64,000 bases of DNA from Eledone cirrhosa (lineage: Eukaryota): contig OZ024741.1 of the NCBI GenBank assembly GCA_964016885.1, positions 351,726,001 through 351,790,000 of the forward strand. The letters run 5' to 3'. This document shows, piece by piece, positions 25,700-37,141 of this stretch. Both the position numbers and the translations under genes were made by a program. Position 1 is the stretch's first letter, and the number at the start of each line of letters is the position of its first letter. The notes below the pieces were generated by a model that was not told the DNA's origin, made no database searches, and saw only the letters and a list, made by a program, of their open reading frames with translations.

Positions 25700-28190
25700 T
25701 GTGGTGACTGTGGTGAGACATTGGTGATGAATGGAGTGAGACATTGGTGATGACTGTGGTGTGACATTGGTGATGACTGTGGTGTGACATTGGTGATTAC
25801 TGTGATGAGACATTGGTGATGACTGTGGTGTGACATTGGTGATGACTGTGGTGTGACATTGGTGATGACTGTGATGAGACATTGGTGATGACTGTGATGA
25901 GACATTGGTGATGACTGTGATGAGACATTGGTGATGACTGTGGTGTGACATTGGTGATGACTGTGGTGTGACATTGGTGATGACTGTGGTGTGACATTGG
26001 TGATGACTGTGGTGTGACATTGGTGATGACTGTGGTGAGACATTGGTGATGACTGTGGTGTGACATTGGTGATGACTGTGGTGTGACATTGGTGATGACT
26101 GTGGTGTGACATTGGTGATGACTGTGGTGTGACATTGGTGATGACTGTGATGAGACATTGGTGATGACTGTGGTGTGACATTGGTGATGACTGTGGTGTG
26201 ACATTGGTGATGACTGTGATGAGACATTGGTGATGACTGTGGTGTGACATTGGTGATGACTGTGGTGTGACATTGGTGATGACTGTGGTGAGACATTGGT
26301 GATGACTGTGGTGTGACATTGGTGATGACTGTGGTGTGACATTGGTGATGACTGTGATGAGACATTGGTGATGACTGTGGTGTGACATTGGTGATGACTG
26401 TGGTGTGACATTGGTGATGACTGTGGTGAGACATTGGTGATGACTGTGATGAGACATTGGTGATGACTGTGGTGTGACATTGGTGATGACTGTGGTGTGA
26501 CATTGGTGATGACTGTGGTGAGACATTGGTGATGACTGGAGTCAGACATTGGTGATGACTGTGATGAGACATTGGTGATGACTGTGGTGTGACATTGGTG
26601 ATGACTGTGGTGAGACATTGGTGATGACTGTGGTGTGACATTGGTGATGACTGTGGTGTGACATTGGTGATGACTGTAGTGTGACATTGGTGATGACTGT
26701 AGTGAGACATTGGTGATGACTGTGGTGAGACATTGGTGATGACTGTGGTGATGACTGTGGTGTGACATTGGTGATGACTGTGGTGAGACATTGGTGATGA
26801 CTGTGGTGAGACAGCAGTGTGAATGTGGTGAGACATTGGTGATGACTGGAGTCAGACATTGGTGATGACTGTAGTGTGACATTGGTGATGACTGTGGTGA
26901 GACAGCAGTGTGAATGTGGTGTGACGCTGGTGATGACTGTGGTGAGACATTGGTGATGACTGTGGTGTGACATTGGTGATGACTGTGGTGTGACATTGGT
27001 GATGATTGTGGTGTGACATTGGTGATGACTGTGATGAGACATTGGTGATGACTGTGGTGTGACATTGGTGATGACTGTGGTGTGACATTGGTGATGACTG
27101 TGGTGTGACATTGGTGATGACTGTGGTGTGACATTGGTGATGATTGTGGTGTGACATTGGTGATGACTGTGATGAGACATTGGTGATGACTGTGGTGTGA
27201 CATTGGTGATGACTGTGGTGTGACATTGGTGATGACTGTGGTGTGACATTGGTGATGACTGTGGTGTGACATTGGTGATGACTGTGGTGTGACATTGGTG
27301 ATGACTGTAGTGTGACATTGGTGATGACTGTAGTGTGACATTGGTGATGACTGTAGTGAGACATTGGTGATGACTGTGGTGAGACAGCAGTGTGAATGTG
27401 GTGAGACAGTGGTGATGTGTATATGGTATGAGAGTGGTAATGAATATGGTGAGACAGCAGTGATGGATGTGGTGAGACAGTAGTGGTGAATGTGGTGAGA
27501 CAATGTGATGAATGTGATGAGAGATGGTGATGAATGGAGTGTGACAGCAGTGATGAATGGAGTGTGACAGCAGTGATGAATGTGGTGAGACAGTGGTGAT
27601 GTATATGGTGAGACAGTGGTGAGACAGTAATGAATGTGGTCAAACAGTACTGATGAATAGAGTGAGACAGTGGTGAATGTGGTGAGACAGTAGTGGTGAA
27701 TGTAATGAGACAGTGGTGGTGAATGTAGTGACACAGTAGTGATGAATGTGGTGAGACAGTGGTGGTGAATGTGGCGAGACAGTAGTGGTGAATATGGCGA
27801 GACAGTAGTGGTAAATGTGGTGAGACAGTGGTGGTGAATATGGCGAGACAGTGGTGGTGAATGTGGTGAGACAGTGGTGGTAAATGTGGCGAGACAGTGG
27901 TGGTGAATGTAGTGACACAGTAGTGATGAATGTGGTGGTGAATGTGGCGAGACAGTGGTGGTGAATGTGGCAAGACAGTGGTGGTAAATGTGGCGAGACA
28001 GTGGTGGTGAATGTGGCGAGACAGTAGTGGTGAATGTAGTGACACAGTAGTGGTAAATGTGGCAAGACAGTGGTGGTGAATGTGGCGAGACAGTAGTGGT
28101 GAATATGGCGAGACAGTAGTGGTAAATGTGGCAAGACAGTGGTGGTGATGAATGTAGCAAGACAGTAATGGTGAATGTGGCGAGACAGTA
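25700..28190. repeat. 21-bp minisatellite (GTGACATTGGTGATGACTGTG) grading into a GAGACAGTGGTGGTGAATGTG variant
   Basis: Direct inspection; it generates the spurious SHHSHHQC ORFs. Confidence 0.95.
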
Positions 28191-29820
28191 TTAAGGGGTA
28201 GTGATAAGTTGCTGTGCTAAGGGTGGAGTAAATGCTTGTGATAAGGGTATTGGTAAGGGTTAGTTATAAGAGGTTGTGAATAATGTAGTTAGAGAGATTT
28301 TGTTGGCATTAAAAAACTTTCATCATCATCAACACAATCATCAAGATCACCTTAATCAACACCACCACCATCAACATAAACTACAATCATCATCACCAGC
28401 ATCATCATCAACAACATAAACCACTATCATCAACAACATAAACCACTATCATCAACAACATAAACCACCATCATCAACATCACTTTCATCGTCAACAACA
28501 CAACCACAATCATCAACAACATAACCACAATCATCATCGTCATCAACAACATCACCATCATTAACAACACAACCACAATCATCATCATCATTATTGATAC
28601 AATTAAAATTATGAAGTATGGGTAGGGTGAGGTGAGGATAGAAACAGTTTTAAAGATTTTGTTGGCATTAAAAAATATCATCATCACTGTAATGACCACC
28701 ACCACCACCACCATCACGACTAACAACACCACAACCACCATGATCAACATCACCATCATTATCATCACTATCATAACCACCATCACCACCACCACCACCA
28801 CCACAACCACTATCATTAGCATCACCCTCATCAACACCACCACCACCACTATCATACCACCATCATCCATATCACTACGACTACCACCATTATAATAATT
28901 GTTATTATTAACATTATTTATTTGTTGGCGTTGTTACTGTTGTTACTGTTTTCTAGTTGTATGACTTTTTATGATATATGTTCCTAGAAAAAGAGAGAGA
29001 GGGGGGGGTTGTAGTGTTGAGGCAAATGTAGCTAGGGCAAAAACAAGGGGATAGAGAGGGAGGGTGTAGTGAGAGGGTGAGTTTAGTGAGAGGCAGAGTG
29101 AAGAGAAAGGGGCTCTTGATGGAGTGGTTTGTAGAGAGGTGGTATGGATGGGGGTGTAGAGAAGGGTGTAGATGGGGATGTAGAGAGAGGGTACAGAGGA
29201 TTGTAGAGGGGGTGTAGAGGGGGTGTAGAGGGGTGGGAGTATCAAAAGAAGGGGTGCCCTTGAGAAAATTTAATCTATAGTTTATGGTTGAACCAATGAA
29301 AAAATACCCATATTATTATTATTACAAAGAGTGGAGATGGGGAGAGATCTAATATTAAGTGTATGACTCATAAATATTTCAAACATTTTTACAGGTGGGG
29401 GGGGGGGGGGGGTAAAGTGACGGGTGGGTGGTATTAACGAAGGGGCTATGTGTTGGTTGTGTTTTAAGCACTAGGCAAATAAATGAGCCAGCAAGCAGAC
29501 ACACACACACAACTGGGCATGATATACACAACCTAAGCAGACTTATAGACAGAAGTATGCGTGTGTAGGTAGTAGAACAAAAAAAACACACACATACATA
29601 TATTACATACACACATACAGATTTGCAGATATAATTCCCAATGCTTGATCTAAACTCTGATCATATGTGAGGCATTATATATATATATATATAATTGGTG
29701 TGGGATGCTTAAAGCGTCCGTATGCGGTAGGCCGTTTGAGCACTCGATGCTCTCACAGAGCAGAGTATAATATTACATAAGAAACGGAGAATCAGTGGTG
29801 CGATGAATTAAAATTTATTA

Positions 29821-29915
29821 GACATATTACAATCGTTTCTCTGGCGACCAGCTCGAGGCACAATCGATGCGATGATTGAACCTGACTCTGAAATCGCCAG
29901 ATCCTCAGATAGGTC
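29821..29915 (-). ncRNA. Type-I hammerhead ribozyme candidate with long stem II
   Basis: GACCTAT-CTGAGGA-TCTGGCGA...TCGCCAGA-GAAAC-GATT-GTA-ATATGTC. Perfect 8-bp base of stem II, GUA site, stem I 6 of 7 paired. Confidence 0.7.
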
Positions 29916-29938
29916 TTGATCTTTCGAAGCAGAGTTTC

Positions 29939-29981
<43 letters not shown>

Positions 29982-30019
29982 TTATATTTACATTGGCGAA
30001 CACAAACAGAGAATATAAA

Positions 30020-31014
30020 ATAGAGGACCTACTCCTTTCCTGCATATTGAGTAAGGCCATCTTCCAGTGGGAATCTGAGCCCTATTTTCCTTTGTATATA
30101 CTAGGACTTTAATCTTAGACAAGTTAACTTTAAGACCTTTTGATTCTAGGCCATGCTTCCAGGTTCCCATGGGCAGCCATTCTTAAACAATTCTGTTATA
30201 GCCTGTAGGGCAATAATAAACAGGAGAGGGCTGAGGACGGAGCCCTGATGAACACCTACTTGTACACTAAATTCTCTCACTATAGTTATCATTAATTCTG
30301 AGCTTGCTGACTATTCCTCTATATATAGCTTGTACAGCCTTCACAAGCCACGCATCTACTAGTTTTCTAAGAGTCCACCAGACAATGGAACGGAGGACTT
30401 TGTCAAAGGCTTTCTCCAGGTCAACAAAAGCTAAGTAGAAGGGTTTACTTTTAGTTAGGTACTTCTGCAGTTGCCTCATGAGGAAGAGAGCAATACGTGG
30501 TACTTTAACCTAGTACAAATCTAAACTGCATTTCATCAATGTTAATTCAGTCCCTAATCAGCTGTGCGATAGCTCTTTCTGTGATCTTCATGACCTGGTT
30601 GACCAATTTAATGCCTCCATAGTTTTCTCTGTCTAGAGCATCTCCTTTTCCCTTGTAGCAGTTGACAATAAGGCTGCTACACCAGTCCTTTTGTATTACT
30701 CCCACCATCCCAGACACTTTTCAGCATCTCAGCAACTATCCCCAAAGGTCCAGCTGCCATGCCTGTCTTCATATCTTTGCCTTACTATATAACTACTAAC
30801 TTTTATAGCCAGTCCCTTTTTTGGGTCAACTTGGAGCAAACTATCTTCACTCTATTCATTCTACTCATTTTGTAGTCTTTCATAGAAACATTTCCATGCT
30901 GATTTCTTTTCAGCATCAATGAGGGCAAGTACACCATTATCATCGCATACACACTTCTCCCCAACAATGTCGCAATTTTCACTGACACATTGTCTCGCAA
31001 TCCTGAACACCTCA
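30020..31014 (-). mobile_element. Degenerate RTE fragment
   Basis: RQLQKYLTKSKPFYLAFVDLEKAFDKV; TWKHGLESKGLKVNLSK. Confidence 0.85.
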
Positions 31015-31524
31015 TCTATATATATAAAACTGAGGATGTCTGTCTGTGTGTGTGTGAGTTTGAATCCCTAAAACTGGATCACCCAACCGGCTGTTTTCAA
31101 ACTTACACATGTAGTACTTGTTTCAGGGAATGTTCTAAGCAGAAAAAAATTTCAAATTTTCAATGCCCTAGGGACGGCATTAGGCGATTTAGCGATCTCT
31201 CTCTATAATTTTTAGTCTTTCTCTTTTTAGATAGATACATACATATAACGTCGCGCCCTTATAATATCTGTCTGTATGTCTGGCTGTCTGCTACATCCGG
31301 TTATTCTGCCACCCTTGCTCAAGACAAATCTCACACTCATTCCCCAAACAGTTGGTAAGTGCACACAACATCTTCCTCATGTTTTAAGCCACAGTGTTGC
31401 TTACTTACATACCACCAGACCCTTACTTCTTTGCCAGCCATGGTTGTGACAATACTAAGATTGGCTAAGGCTGTTATATATTTCACAATACCTTATGCCG
31501 TGCAACGCTGGGTACCACTGCTAG
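31015..31524 (+). mobile_element. Non-autonomous Helitron
   Basis: Inserted between A (31014) and T (31525). 5' end TCTATATATATAAAA, internal TGTC repeats, 3' GC-rich subterminal segment CCGTGCAACGCTGGG followed by CTAG. Confidence 0.8.
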
Positions 31525-31579
31525 TGGTATATAAATACATATTTATACATAAGAATATTACAGAGATTGTATTAATTAT

Positions 31580-32325
31580 ATATGAGGGTGGGCTGTGAAA
31601 TCTTGTATACATTAATTTCAACTCTTAATAACCCCATTCACGCTGACATGGTTACTTCATTAGAGGATGATGCTCCAGCTTTATCGACAGTGCAAAAGTG
31701 GGCAGCTGAATTTAGGAGGGAAAGGGAGAGTTTTGAAGATGATCCAATGTTTGGATGTCCCGCAACTGCCGCCACCGAGGAAAACATTGATTGTGTTTAC
31801 CACATAGTGATGAATGATAGCCAATGCTATTAACATATCTCATGAGAAAGTTGAGAATATTCTAAAAAATGAACTTGGCATGACGAAGGTTTCTGCTCAG
31901 TGGGTGCCACATTGTTTGAGGCAGATCCAGCTGGTTTCTTTAAAAGTTTCTCAGGATGATTGTTGGGTTCATCACTTTGAGCCAGAAAAAAAGATCAATG
32001 GAAACACCCTTCCTCACCTGTTCTAAAGAAGGCCAAGGTCGTTTCATCTGCAGGAAGGTGATGACCTCAGTTTTGGGGGATAAAAAAAGGCACTGTTTAT
32101 TGGCTATCTTCAAAATAGCCACACCATCAATGGAGAGTACTATGCTAATTTGCTGAGGCAGTTACAAAAGGTCATCAAAACAATGCTCCAGCACACAAAT
32201 CCTTGGTTTCAATGGTTGACTATGGCATTGAACTGGTTGATCACCCAACTTATTCTGATTTGGCTCCATCTGTTACCTAACATGAAAAAACACTTGGCTG
32301 AGAACCAGTATTGCAGTGATCGAAA
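31580..32325 (+). mobile_element. Mariner transposon remnant
   Basis: TATGAGGG start; IHADMV..L.DDAPALSTVQKWAAEFRR..ESFEDDP; KVSAQWVPH; DDCWVHHFEPE; TINGEYYANLL. Confidence 0.85.
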
Positions 32326-32699
32326 AGGATCTTTAAGGGGCTACAAAGTATGGGTTTCTGCAGGATTTGTAGAAGAGAAAAAAGGAAAAAATAAAGAGAG
32401 AGAGGAAGGAAAAAAGAAAAGAAAAAGGTTTTTAGTAGAAGTTTACTAGGATTTTCCTTTTATCTTGTGCTATGTGTGTATGTGGGTGGGTGCAAATGTT
32501 TGCATACAGGTGTATGTAAATTGGTTATTCTCAGCTAAAGATCTCTATTTATTGTTTAATGGGAGACAGTTACATATCTAATTGTGGATTATATTTTTTA
32601 ATGAATTGTTTTTCTTTCTTTATTCTCTGTTGTTGAATGAAAGAGTTTGAGCATTTGTAGAGTGGGAAAATGTTGAGTTGCGTAAGTCTAATCCTGCAC

Positions 32700-33650
32700 A
32701 TGTTGCAATGTGACTGTTTAAGGGGATTTGTTGTGTGTTTTCATCATCATCTTGTTTCTATAGTTTAAAAGCTTACGTGTCGACATCGTGATAAAAAAGG
32801 CTTCAGAGACACCTAAAAGGCAAGACTTTTTGTTTGCATTATAGGCTTATGCATAACCAATAATTTTCTATTGAAGGTTGTAATTGGTTTTTGACATATT
32901 GAGATCAGCAACACATCAAGCTAATGAGGTAGAATAGCTAAGGTTATCATTTTTAAAGGAATGTAGATGGGAGAAATATCAGGTCTTAAATGAGTTAGCT
33001 TTATCGCCTATATAAAAGTTGGCCAAGTTAGGTATGTTAACTCTGCACTTATACATTAGATTTTATCTAAGGCAACACCCATTTAAAGGACAGTTGCTAA
33101 GTGCTCTACAATTACATTTTAGGTTAGAGGTAGAATTTACACTGGAGGAAGAATGAGATCTATTACTAACAGTTGTATAGTTATGGTCATGTATAGTACA
33201 ATTTAATTGATTATGGCTATTTGAATTGTTAATACTATGCTGATTACCTACAATATTGTTAATAGTGTTGCTAGAAATATGATGCTTAGAAAGTTTACGT
33301 GGTTGCTGAAGGTAAAATAGTCAGCTAAGCAGGGTGTTGTTGGGAAGGATAACTTTACAGTATTCTTGTTAATTAATTTACAGTATTTATGGCCTCATGG
33401 AAAATTTCTTTCCAGAATATTGAAGAAGATTTTAAGGATATTCGTGGCTACATTTAGTTCATGGGTGAGTTAAACCATGAAATTATACGTTTTCGACTTT
33501 TAGGTGAATAAGATGATTTATCCCCAAGTATGTTTTGAGAATCATGCACAACTGGATTAGAAAGTATTTGGTTAAGTTTACCATCCATGAAACCATGCTC
33601 GGTTAAAGTTTGCTTTTGGAATTTTAAATGAGGTTTAGGATTAATACTGT
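32700..33650 (-). mobile_element. Penelope-like element remnant (linker plus C-terminal GIY-YIG endonuclease)
   Basis: RKRIISWFNSP..NVATNILKIFFNILERNFP*GHKYCKLINKNTVKLSF...CNCRALSNCPLNGCCL..NLMYKCRV..NFYIG..ANSFKT.Y.SH..SF, typical of WFNPP-type PLEs. Confidence 0.75.
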
Positions 33651-34027
33651 ATATATACATATCATCATCATCCACGCTAGCATGGGTTAGACATAATATT
33701 AATACTATATTATATATATATTAATATATATATTATAATATTAAATGTAAATTAGGATTAATATTATACATATTAATATATATATATAATATAATATAAA
33801 ATATAAATTAGGATTAATATTATACATATATATATATGTATGCAAAAAGTAAATGGAAAACAACACACCAAATGATACAGTACAACAAAGATATATATTA
33901 GTTTAAGGCTTGATATATATATATATATATATATTAGGTTATTTAGTAAGTTTGTTGATTACTGGAGGGGGTACAAATGGGTATGTTATAGTAGAGTGTA
34001 TATATTAAGTTTGTTATTACATATATA

Positions 34028-34255
34028 ATATATTTTTTATTGAGTATCGACCATTACATATGTTTCCCAGATAACTTGAGGTCTATATCGATGTGATAGA
34101 CCTGATTTCAGTATCAATCTGTTCATCAGGCATGTTGGTTCAACTAAAAACAGAATCATGTCTATCACATCGATATAGACCTCAAGCTAGTCATCTGGGA
34201 AACATACATAATGATCGATATTCAATAAAAACATTATAAAGTAAAACTTCATTAT
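34028..34255. repeat. Foldback element (family H) containing a hammerhead core
   Basis: TTTATTGAGTATCGACCATTA..CTTGAGGTCTATATCGATGTGATAGAC / GTCTATCACATCGATATAGACCTCAAG..TAATGATCGATATTCAATAAA. Confidence 0.8.
34050..34136 (-). ncRNA. Hammerhead ribozyme candidate with long stem II (stem I imperfect)
   Basis: CATGC-CTGATGA-ACAGAT...ATCTGG-GAAAC-ATAT-GTA-ATGG; lies within a foldback element. Confidence 0.5.
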
Positions 34256-34377
34256 AACACACACACACACATATATATATATAGGTGTGTGTGTGTGTGT
34301 GTGTGAATATACATATATATAAATACAAATAAGCCAGGTAGATTATATCCTTACCAGAAGATGTGACAGAGTGTCTG

Positions 34378-37141
34378 TTGTAAACACTAAATCCCTCCCC
34401 CATGAAGAATGCACCTCCCAACATAGACTGATAATTAGCGACCTCATAGTCAGGACGAGACGTACTCGACAGCAGAAGAGGACTATCCTCAGGAGAAAAA
34501 TATGGAAGCTAAAGGACCCCACAGCCAGAAATAAATTTCAAAGCATATTACTTGATGCTTTCGACAGTAAGGAAGAACATTTAGAGTCGGACAATATAGA
34601 GGGACAGTGGGAATTTCTGAAAGCAAACCTGCTGTTGGCGACAGACGAAGTCTGTGGCTGGAGCAGGCCTGTAGGCAGGAGGAGAGTAACATGGTGGTGG
34701 AACAGTAAGGTGGAGGGGTCAATTAAGGCCAAAAAGCAGGCTTGGAAAGTATGGCGGGATGGGGGAAGTAGAGTAGACTATCAAGTGGCCAGGAGGGAAG
34801 CTAGGAGACAAGTGTACTTAGCAAGAAGGGAAGCTGAGGAAAGAAAGTTCAAGCATGTTCTACAACGCGATGACCAAAAACGTGAGGTGTTCAGGATTGC
34901 TAGGCAATGCGTCAAAGAAAACCGTGATATTGTCGGGGAGAAGTGTGTACTTAACAATGATGGCATACTTGCCATCACCGACGCTGATAAGAAGGTAGCT
35001 TGGAAGTGTCACTATGAAAGGCTAATAAATGAGGAGAATAAATGGGAGAAAGACAGTCTCCCCCATATCGACCCAATAGAGGGACCAGCAGTGTTAGTCG
35101 AGGGGAGTATAATAAGTAAGGCAATCAAGGATATGAAGACGGGTAAGGCGGCTGGGCCTTCGGAAATAGTTGCTGAGATGCTGAAGGCATCTGGCACGGT
35201 GGGACACACCATGGTCACCCGGATAGTAAACCAAGTCATACAGAATGGGGTTGTTCCGAAGGACTGGCATAGCAGCATCATCGTTAACTGTTATAAGGGT
35301 AAAGGAGACGCCCTAGATAGGAGTAACTATAGAGGCATTAAATTAATCGACCAGGTCATGAAGGTCACGGAAAAAGTAATAGCGCAACTAATCAGAGAGA
35401 GAATTGACCTAGATGAAATGCAGTTCAGGTTTGTGTCAGGCAAAAGTACCACAGACGCTCTTTTCATAGTACGACAACTACAGGAGAAGTACCTAGCTAA
35501 AGGTAAACCCCCCTACTTAGCTTTTGTCGACTTGGAGAAAGCCTTCGACAGAGTCCCCCGCTCCATTATCTGGTGGGCTCTTAGAAAACTAGGCGTTGAC
35601 GAATGGCTTGTGAGGGCTATACAAGCCATGTATAAAGAAACAGTCAGCAAGGTTAGAATTAACAACGAATATAGTGAAGAGTTTAGCGTAAAAGTTGGCG
35701 TCCATCAGGGCTCTGTTCTCAGCCCCCTACTATTTATTATTGCCCTTCAGGCTATAACAGAGGAGTTCAAGACAGGCTGCCCATGGGAACTCCTATACGC
35801 AGACGACCTGACACTCATAGCGGAATCAATGGCCGAGCTAGAGAAGAAATTCCAAACATGGAAGCACGGCCTAGAATCAAAAGGACTTAAAATTAACCTG
35901 GCTAAGACCAAAGTTCTAGTTTGTAGGAAAGAAAACAAGGCGGCGGTCCCTTCTGGGAAATGGTCGTGCTCGGTGTGTAGGAAAGGTGTAGGTAGAAACT
36001 CCATTTTATGTCCTAAATGCAACGTATGGGTGCATAAAAGATGTAGTGGGATCACAGGTAAGCTAACTAAGAACATAGATTTTACATGTGGCCGGTGTTC
36101 TGGTGCAATAAGTAGCAGCAAGTGCCCACAAAATACTAGCTCTTTCAATTGCCCAGAGGGTTCTATAGAAATAGTGGACAGCTTCCGTTACCTGGGCGAT
36201 AAAATCAGCAGTGGGGGAGGGTGCTCTGAAAGTACAGTAGCTAGAGTCAGAACTGATTGGAAAAAGTTCAGAGAGCTTATACCACTATTAGCTGCTAAAG
36301 GGTTCTCCCTAAAAATGAAAGGCAGGTTGTATGATGCCTGCATACGAACAGCAATGTTGCATGGCAGTGAGACCTGGGCATTGTGTGCAGAGGATATACG
36401 CAGACTAGAGAGGAACGAAGCTTGCATGCTCCGCTGGATGTGTAACAGTAATATACGTGAATGGCAAAGCATAAACGAACTAAGGAAAAAATTAGAGATA
36501 AGAGGGATCAGATGTTGTTTACTCGAGAGAAGGCTACGTTGGTATGGACACGTGATGCGCATGAAAGTCGATAGCTGTATAACAAAGTGCAGGGCAATAA
36601 AGATAGACGGTAGCCATGGAATAGGCAGACCTAGAAAAACCTGGGACGAGCTGATAAACTCCGACCTCACACACTTACACCTCTCCAAGACAATGTCACT
36701 GGACCGAGACCTTTGGCGGTACTCAGTAACAGAGAAGACCCGCCTTACCTAAATATATAGTAAAACCTACTCCAGCCAGTAGGCATCTCTAACAAAATAC
36801 ACCCCGTCCCACCCCCACCCCATCCACACCACCCCGTTCTATGTAAAGTTATGTTGGTGCCGCGCCATCCAGGCCGAAACAAATGAGATCGTGTAGGTGT
36901 CACGACAAAAAAACACACAGTCCACGCTGTAATGTGGCCGTGTAGGCAACACGGTAAAAACCTCCCAGACCCACACTGTAAATGTGGTTGGTGTTAGGAA
37001 GGGCATCCAACTGTAGAAAACCTGCCAGACAGTCCTATGCGAGCAAGACAATCACTCTTGCCTCAAGTGGGACTACCCCCGTCCAAACCCATGCAAGTGT
37101 GGAACACGGACGTTAAACGTTGATGATGAAGATGATGATGA
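34378..37141 (+). mobile_element. RTE-clade LINE, 5'-truncated, with an uninterrupted 793-aa reading frame (end of APE, RT, PHD-like finger, C-terminus), 3' UTR and (GAT)n tail
   Basis: ORF 34371-36752 contains QHRLIISDL (APE end), TWWWN, NYRGIKL, AFVDLEKAFDRVPR, GVHQGSVLSPLLF, YADDL and RRLRWYGHVMR. The 3' UTR has the GGTTGGTGTTAGGAAGGGCATCC core and a GAT tail. Confidence 0.95.

Noticed and set aside
25700-27400. CRISPR-like array
   Set aside because: Repeats are contiguous with no unique spacers, there are no cas genes, and the context is eukaryotic.
25670-28160. Long His/Ser/Thr-rich ORFs (up to 787 aa)
   Set aside because: They are translations of a 21-bp minisatellite, open in all three minus frames, with no domain signal.
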